Positions 9,983 through 17,663 of a stretch of DNA of 32,271 nucleotides are shown piece by piece. The notes beneath the pieces were generated by a model, which saw only the letters and a list, made by a program, of their open reading frames with translations, did no database searches and was not told where the DNA came from. Source of the DNA: Alphaproteobacteria bacterium. Lineage in GTDB: Bacteria; Pseudomonadota; Alphaproteobacteria; GCA-2731375. A program made the translations under genes and the position numbers. The stretch spans positions 1 through 32,271 of the forward strand of contig CAUZBE010000002.1 of NCBI GenBank assembly GCA_963577885.1. The letters are read 5' to 3'. Numbering within the stretch: the stretch's first letter is position 1; every line of letters begins with the position of its first letter.

Positions 9983-10648
9983 CTATTCGCGTTTAATCAT
10001 GCCGATGAATTCATAGCGAACGCCACGGACCGATTTGATCACGCTTTCCTTGGTGCCATATTTGTTCAGTTTTTGCCGCAGGCGCCCAATTAGGACGTCA
10101 ATATTCCGGCTGCCGGCTTGCATGACATAACCCAGCGCCTCGCGGTGCAGAGTATCCCGATCCACGGTTCTGCCCACATTATCAATCAAGGTTTGCAAGA
10201 GCCAGGATTTCCCCGCCGTTGATTGGGTGTCCTGGCCCTGCGGGTTGGTCAAACGTTGAAAGGCGCTTTCAAAGCGCCAGCCTGGAACCGTAGGGCGCAG
10301 CACACTGCGAATGCGGGCCAGTAATTTCCGTGATTTAAACGGCCTGGTTACGTAATCGTCGGCGCCAACTTCCAAACTAACGACCACATCGACGGATGCA
10401 CCCTTGCCGGTCAGCATGACGATACCCGCATCGGTCTTTTCGCGCAGAACCTTGGCCAAGATTAGGCCATCGCCATCAGGCAATTTCAGGTCGAGGATTA
10501 CCAGATCTACCGGCTATTATTCAATCACCGCGCGCATCTCGGCGCCATTGGCGGCATCAATGACGGCGAACTCCTCAGGTTCCAGATGATCGCGCAAAAC
10601 CAGCCGCAAATCCGGATCGTCATCGACAATTAGAATTAATTCAATCAT
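9983..10648 (-). pseudogene. OmpR/PhoB-family response regulator interrupted by two consecutive in-frame stop codons
   Basis: The minus-strand ORFs 10517..10735 and 9983..10483 are in the same frame. Read through, they give MIELILIVDDDPDLRLVLRDHLEPEEFAVIDAANGAEMRAVIE-TAA-TAG-PVDLVILDLKLPDGDG...IVMLTGKG...GADDYVTRPF..., followed by a winged-helix tail (RNIDVLIGRLRQKL...VRGVRYEF). The stops are at 10517-10519 and 10514-10516. The conserved receiver Lys of the KPF motif is Arg (RPF). Gene GC is about 50% by hand count, lower than the neighbours. Confidence 0.8.
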
Positions 10649-10740
10649 CTTATTTTCCGTTAACAAATTATCTTCGCAGACCCTGTTTGGCTGGTCAAAC
10701 CGCACAAAATAGCCGGCAAATACCGCCCCAATCATCCATG

Positions 10741-10870
10741 ATGAAATGATACTGCTAATATTACTATATTAAAATACATTATAAGTATACGAATTTTAGA
10801 AATTACTATTACATTATTATATATTTTATAATTTTAAATATAGACAATAGAGTATTATGAATATTTTCGG
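10741..10870. promoter_or_regulatory. Extremely AT-rich intergenic block upstream of the response-regulator pseudogene and downstream of ftsY, possibly promoter/operator DNA
   Basis: About 130 bp of almost pure A/T in a genome of about 60% GC. It contains a duplicated ATTACTAT...TACATTAT unit (TTACTAT at 10761 and 10803, TACATTA at 10775 and 10810) and several TATAAT-like hexamers. Any function is inferred only from position. Confidence 0.3.
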
Positions 10871-10948
10871 TTTCTATACGCCGTAGCTTAGTTCTTTTTT
10901 GTTGTGAGCATTACCGGTCGCTGTCTGCGGCAGCTGGAAATTTGCCGA

Positions 10949-11881
10949 TTATTCTTTCAGTCCAACAACAGCGCGGGCGAATTCCGCGGCGGCAAAGGGC
11001 TGCAAATCATCAACCCCCTCGCCGATGCCAATAAAATGTACTGGCAGGGCAAAACGTTCCGCCAAGGCGACCAGCACGCCGCCGCGGGCGGTGCCGTCCA
11101 ACTTGGTCATTGCCAGGCCGGTGACGTTGCAGACTTCGGCAAAGACCTCCACCTGGCACAAGGCATTCTGTCCGGTGGTCGCGTCCAACACTAAAAGGCA
11201 ATCGTGCGGCGCGGTATTGTCCAATTTGCCCAGCACCCGCACGACCTTGGCCAATTCATCCATCAGATAGGTCTTGTTTTGCAAGCGCCCTGCGGTGTCC
11301 ACCAAAAGTACATCGGCCCCCATGGATTTGGCCTGCTGCATCCCCTCGTAAGCAACCGCCGCCGGATCGGCGCCAACATCACGCCGGACTACGACCGCAC
11401 CGGTGCGTTGGCCCCAAATCTCCAACTGTTCAATGGCCGCGGCGCGGAAGGTATCGGCGGCGGCCAGGACAACAGATTTGCCTTCCGCCCGCAAATTATA
11501 GGCAATTTTGCCGATGGTCGTGGTCTTCCCCGTACCATTCACGCCGATGACCAAAACCACATGGGGGCGTTTTGATCCGTCAAAGATCAAGGGCCGGGCC
11601 ACTGGTTCCAATATTTCGGTCACCACGTCCGCCAGGGCCGCTTTAATCTCGTCGCCGCTGATTTCCTTGTCAAAACTGTCGGCTGCGAACCGGCCGCTGA
11701 CCCGCGCCGCGACGGCCGGGCCTAGATCTGCGGCGATTAGCAGATCCTCCAACTCTTCCAGGGCCGCCGCATCCAATTTGCGTTTGGTGAATACCGCCGT
11801 CAGGCTGGTGTTGAAGTTGCCCGCCGTGCGGCTGAGCCCCGCCTTCAGCCGTGAAAACAGGCCGGGCTTACCCATGCTCAT
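10949..11881 (-). CDS. ftsY: Signal recognition particle receptor FtsY
   Basis: 310 aa. SRP-GTPase motifs GVNGTGKTTTIGKIA, DTAGR and TKLDGTARGG. The start ATG overlaps the mtaB stop (ATGA at 11878-11881). Confidence 0.95.
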   Translation of the reverse strand: MSMGKPGLFSRLKAGLSRTAGNFNTSLTAVFTKRKLDAAALEELEDLLIAADLGPAVAARVSGRFAADSFDKEISGDEIKAALADVVTEILEPVARPLIFDGSKRPHVVLVIGVNGTGKTTTIGKIAYNLRAEGKSVVLAAADTFRAAAIEQLEIWGQRTGAVVVRRDVGADPAAVAYEGMQQAKSMGADVLLVDTAGRLQNKTYLMDELAKVVRVLGKLDNTAPHDCLLVLDATTGQNALCQVEVFAEVCNVTGLAMTKLDGTARGGVLVALAERFALPVHFIGIGEGVDDLQPFAAAEFARAVVGLKE

Positions 11882-13131
11882 GCGGCCAGGCGCCCGATCA
11901 AGTGGTCCGGGGTTGCCGCGACGATATCGACGTTGACGATCCCGCTTTTCGGGGCCGCTGCGGGCTGATCCAGAAGAATCAGCGCGAATTGCTCGCTGCG
12001 TCCCTGGCCCGGCCGTTCCAGCAACATGCGTTGCCTGCGCCCAACCTGGCCGTCCAAAAATCCGGCCAACGATGCCGCGCCCTTATCCCGCAACAAGGCA
12101 GCGCGCCGTCGCCTCTCGTCTCCCGGGACCTGGGGCATGCGCGCCGCCGGCGTGCCGGGCCGCTCGGAGTAAGGAAAAACGTGCAAATAGGTCAGCCCGC
12201 AGTCATCGATCAGGGACAGAGAATTCTGGAATTGCACCTCGCTCTCGGTAGGAAAGCCGGCGATCAAATCGGCGCCGAACACCATATCGGGGCGGCCAGC
12301 GCGCAAGCGCCGGCATAGGTCGATGGCCTGGGCCCGGCTATGACGGCGGGCCATGCGCTTCAAAATTAAATCGTCGCCCGCCTGCAGACTAAGGTGTAAG
12401 TGGGGCATTACCCGTTCCTCATACAGCAACACCTGTTCCAGATCCGGGTCGATTTCCACCGCATCCAGGGACGACAGTCGCAGGCGCGGCAGTTCTGGCA
12501 CCGCGCGTAACAACCGGCGCACCAGTTGGCCCAAGCTGGGCCGGCCCGGCAGGTCATTGCCATAGGCCGTGATATCAACGCCGGTTAGAACCACCTCGGC
12601 ATAACCATTTTCTACCAGCGTCCTGATCTGCTGAACAATTGCGCCCATGGTTACCGAGCGCGAGGGGCCGCGGGCGAATGGGATAATGCAAAACGTGCAA
12701 CGGTGGTCGCAGCCCTGTTGCACCTGCATGAAGGCGCGGCTGCGGCCGTCAAAGCCGGGCACCAGATGGCCCGCCAGTTGTTCCACCGACATGATATCTT
12801 CAACCAGAATCTTGCCGTCCAGAGGCATGACAAAATTCGCTCCATGCAGTTTTTCCCGGTTGCCAAGGACCCGGTCGACCTCGTCCATGGCCGCGAACGC
12901 CGCGGGCTCCAACTGTGCCGCGCAGCCTGTCACCACGATGGTCGCCCCTGGCCGTTGCCGGCGTGCCTTCCGGATGGCCTGACGAGCCTGACGCACCGCC
13001 TCATTGGTCACCGCGCAGGTGTTAACGATGACCGCATCGTGCAGGCCCGCACTTTCCGCCTGGTCCCGCATCACCTGAGCCTCATAGGCATTCAGGCGGC
13101 AGCCAAAATTTATAACTTGCAGTTCCCTCAT
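11878..13131 (-). CDS. mtaB: tRNA (N6-threonylcarbamoyladenosine37-C2)-methylthiotransferase, MiaB-like radical SAM enzyme
   Basis: 417 aa. N-terminal UPF0004 domain FGCRLNAYEAQVM...NTCAVT, radical-SAM cluster CDHRCTFCIIPFARG, and a TRAM-like C-terminus. The length and the FGCRLN start fit MtaB better than MiaB or RimO. Confidence 0.85.
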   Translation of the reverse strand: MRELQVINFGCRLNAYEAQVMRDQAESAGLHDAVIVNTCAVTNEAVRQARQAIRKARRQRPGATIVVTGCAAQLEPAAFAAMDEVDRVLGNREKLHGANFVMPLDGKILVEDIMSVEQLAGHLVPGFDGRSRAFMQVQQGCDHRCTFCIIPFARGPSRSVTMGAIVQQIRTLVENGYAEVVLTGVDITAYGNDLPGRPSLGQLVRRLLRAVPELPRLRLSSLDAVEIDPDLEQVLLYEERVMPHLHLSLQAGDDLILKRMARRHSRAQAIDLCRRLRAGRPDMVFGADLIAGFPTESEVQFQNSLSLIDDCGLTYLHVFPYSERPGTPAARMPQVPGDERRRRAALLRDKGAASLAGFLDGQVGRRQRMLLERPGQGRSEQFALILLDQPAAAPKSGIVNVDIVAATPDHLIGRLAA

Positions 13132-14048
13132 GCCACTGATCTTGATCCAGGCTGCGTCCCTGCCCGCGTTGCTGGGCCGATCAGGCTGTCATCTATAACA
13201 CCTGAAAAGGCGGTTGCCGCCGGGCCGGTCATCAGGACGTGGCCATCACCGGCACGCCATTCGACGGTCAAGGCACCGCCATCCAGGTTCAGCCTTGCCC
13301 GGCGCCCGCATTTGCCGCGCCGGTGAGCGGCGACCAGGGCGGCGCAGGCGCCCGAACCACAGGCCAGGGTTAATCCCGCCCCCCGTTCCCAGACCCGCAG
13401 ACGCAACGCATCGACGCCCAGGACCTGGACCACACCGATGTTGGCCCGTTCAGGAAAAAGGGCGTTGTTCTCTAAAACCGGGCCAACCGCCGCAAGGTCG
13501 ACCGCGTCCAGATCGTCAACAAAGAATACCGCGTGAGGATTGCCAATGCCGACCGCGCAGGGCTCCGCCAACGCGGGCCCCCGATCCGGTTCAAGTGACA
13601 GATCCAGACACAAACTGTCCATCGCATGGGCCAATGGAATGTCCTGCCAGTCCAGATAGGCGGGCCCCATGTCCACTTCTATGCCCCCGTCTTCGACCAG
13701 GCGGCTGGGCACCAGGCCGGCCCGGGTTTCGATAGTCGCATGATCGCGGCCGCTTTCGGCAAATAGCAGGCTGGCCACGCAACGGGTGCCGTTGCCGCAG
13801 GCTTGCGCTTCGCTACCATCGGGATTGTGAATGCGCATGAAGGCATCGCCCTGATCAGACGGCTCGATCGAGATAACCTGATCGCAGCCGACGCCCGTAT
13901 GGCGGTCCGCCATGGCCCGGGCCAGGGCGGCGTCCACGCGCAAAGAGCCAAGGCGCAAATCAAGCACAACAAAATCGTTGCCTGCGCCATGCATCTTCAG
14001 AAAGGTTTGCTTCATCTGACCCATGGGCTGGATATAGGCAATTCCCAC
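13128..14048 (-). CDS. dapF: Diaminopimelate epimerase
   Basis: FLKMHGAGNDFVVLD N-terminus and two catalytic Cys motifs (ACGNGTRC, ACGSGACA). The stop overlaps the mtaB start (ATGA at 13128-13131). The start is uncertain: GTG 14048, ATG 14024 and ATG 14015 are all possible. Confidence 0.92.
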   Translation of the reverse strand: MGIAYIQPMGQMKQTFLKMHGAGNDFVVLDLRLGSLRVDAALARAMADRHTGVGCDQVISIEPSDQGDAFMRIHNPDGSEAQACGNGTRCVASLLFAESGRDHATIETRAGLVPSRLVEDGGIEVDMGPAYLDWQDIPLAHAMDSLCLDLSLEPDRGPALAEPCAVGIGNPHAVFFVDDLDAVDLAAVGPVLENNALFPERANIGVVQVLGVDALRLRVWERGAGLTLACGSGACAALVAAHRRGKCGRRARLNLDGGALTVEWRAGDGHVLMTGPAATAFSGVIDDSLIGPATRAGTQPGSRSVA

Positions 14049-14292
14049 CCCGCCGTCCAGCGCACATTGGTTAGAAAAGCCGTGAGTCGAGGAGCGCTGT
14101 TAATACTTCGTTGACCGGGCAAACGGATATTTGATGAAAGACCGAGGGCATCCAGCGATCAATGTTGCGATCCCGATAAATCTAGGATGAAAATGAGTTT
14201 TCCGCGCTTCCGTCCGCTTATTGCCTGTCCGAGCCTGGCCGCCATCGCGAAACCTTCCGATCAGCTTTATCGCTGGCATTCAGGCTAACGCC

Positions 14293-14639
14293 ATGGCCAT
14301 AACAATGATATCCACGGTCAGTCCGCTGGCCGAAGCGTTGAACGCCCTCACCGCCTTGGCCACCCATTGGTACGACTTGTGCGGCGGGCGGACCTATCCG
14401 CCCCGGCGTGATGCGATCCGGCTGACTTGCGCCCCTATCTGGACAATTTCTGTGTCCTTGAGGTCGTCTTTAATTCGGCTGATTTCATTTATCGCCTGTT
14501 CGGCAGCATCCTTGTCGATTACGTGCACCAGGATGCGACCGGCAAAAGCGTTCTAGATTTGGTATCGGCGGAATTAGGGAAAGGCATATTCAAACAGCTG
14601 CAGGAAACCATCCAAGCCGGTGATAAGCGCAGCGCATGA
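14293..14639 (+). pseudogene. PAS_5 (PF07310-like) small PAS-domain gene, frameshifted and C-terminally truncated
   Basis: Frame 1 reads ...LATHWYDLCGGRTYPPRRDAI. From about 14413 a different frame continues PADLRPYLDNFCVLEVVFNSADFIYRLFGSILVDYVHQDATGKSVLDL..., ending at 14639. Joined, they reproduce the family pattern W...CGGR..P.R.DIDP.DL.P.L....L.EV.....F.YRL.G as I recall it. A 1-nt shift is needed and the usual C-terminal third is not recognisable. Confidence 0.45.
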
Positions 14640-14833
14640 CCACGTGGCGACTGCAGAACATAACCGTGCGCCAGGCCGGCCGGTGTCAGATCATCAATAA
14701 ACCAGCCCGCGCGCAGCACCGGCTATCTGATCCCGAATTCACCCAATTCTGCACACCTAACCTCGTGACCCCATGCGGGTAATGATAAGCTAGGCACGGC
14801 GAAATGCAGACCATCAACAAGGGAGATTGAACA

Positions 14834-15292
14834 ATGAGTGCTGAAGCGAGGGTGAAGGAACTAGGTATCGAGCTGCCAATGCCGCCAACCCCGGTGGGCA
14901 GCTATGTGGGGGCAGTGCGGACCGGTAATCTGATTTATATTTCAGGTCAAGGTCCGCGCAAGCCGGATAATAGCTCCCTCACCGGCAAAGTCGGCGCCGA
15001 CGTGAGCATAGAAGAGGCCCAGGCCGCGGCCCGGCTGGTGGGCCTGAACGCTCTGGCTACCCTGCGGGCCGAGATCGGTAGCCTGGATCAGGTCAAGCGC
15101 GTCGTCAAAGTCTTCGGCATGGTGAATGCCACAGCAGATTTTTGCGAGCATCCGAAAGTCATCAACGGATTTTCCGACCTGATGTTCGAGATTTTTGGCG
15201 AAGCCGGACGGCATGCCCGATCCGCTGTCGGCATGAGCTCCCTGCCCTTCCAGATCCCGGTAGAGGTGGAAATGATTGTCGAACTGGTTTAG
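14834..15292 (+). CDS. RidA/YjgF/TdcF-family protein (reactive-intermediate deaminase-like)
   Basis: 152 aa. YVGAVRTGNLIYISGQGP, then the C-terminal HARSAVGMSSLPFQIPVEVEMIV, which retains the family Arg (ARSAV). A strong RBS (AGGGAGA) precedes the ATG. Confidence 0.85.
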   Translation: MSAEARVKELGIELPMPPTPVGSYVGAVRTGNLIYISGQGPRKPDNSSLTGKVGADVSIEEAQAAARLVGLNALATLRAEIGSLDQVKRVVKVFGMVNATADFCEHPKVINGFSDLMFEIFGEAGRHARSAVGMSSLPFQIPVEVEMIVELV

Positions 15293-15326
15293 ATGACAGG
15301 AAAAGTGGAAGAAGGATGGCAGGCGC

Positions 15327-16493
15327 ATGAAGATCAGATCTGTCGAGGCCACCTGGCTTTGCGTACCCATACCCGAGGACAAGCAGCATACCTCTGACTT
15401 TGGGCGCATGAGCTCTTTCAATACGGTGCTGGTGCGCATCGAGACCGAGGACGGCCTGATCGGCCATGGCGAGGCCAAGGCCGGGGTCGGCAATCTGGGC
15501 GATGGCCGGGCCCTGGTGGCATTGATCCAGGACGAGTTGGGTGCACAGTTGATCGGTCAGGATGCCCGCCGCATCGCCGGCCATTGGGAGGAAATGTATA
15601 ATGGCAGCCGGACTCATTTCGCGGTCGAGCGGGGGCATGTCTTTCCGGCCTTGGGCCGGCGCGGCCTGACCATTTCCGCCATCAGCGGCATCGACATTGC
15701 GCTTTGGGATCTTCTGGGCCAATCCTTGGGGGTGCCGGTCTGGCAGCTTTTAGGTGGCAAATGTCGTGACAGTCTGGCGGCCTATGCATCGGGCGGCTGG
15801 GCCCCGGCTGAGAGCATCGGCGAACAATTGGCCGGTTATATGGCTGCCGCCGGTTTCGGCGCCGTGAAAATGCGGGTTGGCTCCGCAGATGGCGATGCCC
15901 GAACCTCGGCCCGGCGGGTCGCCGCCGCCCGCGAATACCTGGGCGAAGGCGTGGCGATAATGGCCGATGCCCACGGGACCTTTGATTGCGCCGAAGCCAA
16001 GCGGTTCTGCCGTCTGGTCGCCGATTGCGATCTGGCCTGGCTGGAGGAGCCGGTTACAGCGGACGACATCGCGGGCTGCGCCGAGATCCGTGCCAGTACC
16101 GATATCCCCATCGCGGCGGGGGAAAGTATCTTCACCCGCTTTGATTTCCGCGACCTGGCCATGGCCCGCGCGGTCGATATCTTTCAGCCGGATCTGGCCA
16201 TCTGTGGCGGCATAACCGAGGCCATGCGCATCGCCGCCCTGGCCAGCAGTCAGCAAATCCGCCTGGCGCCGCACATGTGGGGCGGGGCGGTCATGTTCGC
16301 CGCCGGCCTGCAAATTTGCGCCACGGCGCCGGCAGCCTTTATCGTGGAATATTCCCTGGGTCATAATCCCTTGATGCACGATCTGGTGGCGCAGCGTTTC
16401 ACGGTTGAGGGTGGACGGATCGACATTCCGGACCGCCCCGGTCTGGGCCTGACCATCGACATGGATTTTGTCCGCACCTATGCTGTCAATTGA
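15327..16493 (+). CDS. Enolase-superfamily enzyme, mandelate racemase/muconate lactonising enzyme family (acid-sugar dehydratase or racemase-like)
   Basis: 388 aa. N-terminal capping domain (VLVRIETEDGLIGHGEA), barrel motifs AVKMRVG, MADAHG (metal Asp), WLEEP (Glu) and AAGES (Glu), plus a PH..GG region. The substrate cannot be assigned from sequence alone. Confidence 0.85.
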   Translation: MKIRSVEATWLCVPIPEDKQHTSDFGRMSSFNTVLVRIETEDGLIGHGEAKAGVGNLGDGRALVALIQDELGAQLIGQDARRIAGHWEEMYNGSRTHFAVERGHVFPALGRRGLTISAISGIDIALWDLLGQSLGVPVWQLLGGKCRDSLAAYASGGWAPAESIGEQLAGYMAAAGFGAVKMRVGSADGDARTSARRVAAAREYLGEGVAIMADAHGTFDCAEAKRFCRLVADCDLAWLEEPVTADDIAGCAEIRASTDIPIAAGESIFTRFDFRDLAMARAVDIFQPDLAICGGITEAMRIAALASSQQIRLAPHMWGGAVMFAAGLQICATAPAAFIVEYSLGHNPLMHDLVAQRFTVEGGRIDIPDRPGLGLTIDMDFVRTYAVN

Positions 16494-16526
16494 CCATTCC
16501 TGACCCCACGTACTAGGAGATCGCCC

Positions 16527-17651
16527 ATGCAACTCGGCATGTTCACGATGCCCCTACACGACCCGGCCCGAAACCTGACGGATGTTTTGTCCGAGGATCG
16601 GGAGGCCGTGTTGCTAGCCGACAGCCTGGGCATGGCGGAAGCCTGGTGTGGCGAACATGTCAGCTCCACCGCCGAGCCCGTAGCCTCGTCCCTGATGTTC
16701 TTCGCCTCGCTGATCGAGCAGACCAAGGCCATAAAATTCGCCTCCGGCGTTTTGAACCTACCGCAACAGCACCCGGCGCAAGTGGCAGCGCAAGTCGCCA
16801 ATTTTGATCATATGTCACGGGGTCGCTATATCATGGGCATCGGCCCCGGCGGCCTGATCAGTGATTTTGAATTGCTGAGCCTAACCGATCAGAAACAGCG
16901 CCGCGAAATGATGTTGGAATCCATCGGCATTATTCAAGAGATCTGGACGTCGGGCGGCCCGGGCTATGACATAGACGGCAAATACTGGCCCGTGAAACTG
17001 CAAGATGCCGTCATACCGCACCTGGGCATCGGGCAGATCTGTCGAACTTACCAGCAACCTTTCCCAACCGTTTGTTTGTCCATCGTCTCACCCCATTCAT
17101 CATCAGCAACCATGGCGGCGGAACGGGGCTGGGAAATTGTTTCCGCTAATTTCATTCAATCCCGCTATATCCAAAGCCATTGGCAAGCCTATAAAAAGGG
17201 TTGTGAGAATGTGCGACGGCGGGCGGACCCCAAGGTCTGGCGCATCGCCCGCTCCATCCTGGTCACGGATGATGCCCAACGGGCCGAAGACTACGTGGCG
17301 GATCCCAACGGCGGCCTGAGCTTCTATTTCCGCTATTTCATGGATCAATACCGCCGCCGCGGCATCTTGGAGATGTTGAAGCCTGATACCGCCGTCACCG
17401 ACGATGATTTGGAACTGAATGATATTATCCGTTCTATGGTAACCCATGGTGATGCCGCCGACGTGCTGGATCAACTGGTGGCGTTGTGCGAGCAGTGGGG
17501 TGAATTTGGCACCCTGTTGATGGTTGGCCACGATTGGGACGATCAGGCTATTTGGCGCCGCTCCATGAGCCTGCTGGCGGAGCAGGTCATGCCCCGCCTG
17601 AATCAGCATTTGGAGAGCCAGCGTTCGGCGGAAATCTCGGCAGCGGAATAA
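16527..17651 (+). CDS. LLM-class (luciferase-like) flavin-dependent oxidoreductase/monooxygenase
   Basis: 374 aa. MQLGMFTMPLHDP....DREAVLLADSLGMAEAWCGEHVSS is the typical start of the LimB-like LLM subgroup. It lies 33 nt downstream of the MR/MLE gene on the same strand. Confidence 0.85.
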   Translation: MQLGMFTMPLHDPARNLTDVLSEDREAVLLADSLGMAEAWCGEHVSSTAEPVASSLMFFASLIEQTKAIKFASGVLNLPQQHPAQVAAQVANFDHMSRGRYIMGIGPGGLISDFELLSLTDQKQRREMMLESIGIIQEIWTSGGPGYDIDGKYWPVKLQDAVIPHLGIGQICRTYQQPFPTVCLSIVSPHSSSATMAAERGWEIVSANFIQSRYIQSHWQAYKKGCENVRRRADPKVWRIARSILVTDDAQRAEDYVADPNGGLSFYFRYFMDQYRRRGILEMLKPDTAVTDDDLELNDIIRSMVTHGDAADVLDQLVALCEQWGEFGTLLMVGHDWDDQAIWRRSMSLLAEQVMPRLNQHLESQRSAEISAAE

Positions 17652-17663
17652 TGATGGCGGGCC

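Noticed and set aside
10741-10870. AT-rich block as a replication origin (gyrB is nearby) or a DNA-unwinding element
   Set aside because: No DnaA-box-like TTATCCACA/TGTGGATAA strings are in or next to it. It sits between ftsY and a dead regulator, not near dnaA or dnaN.
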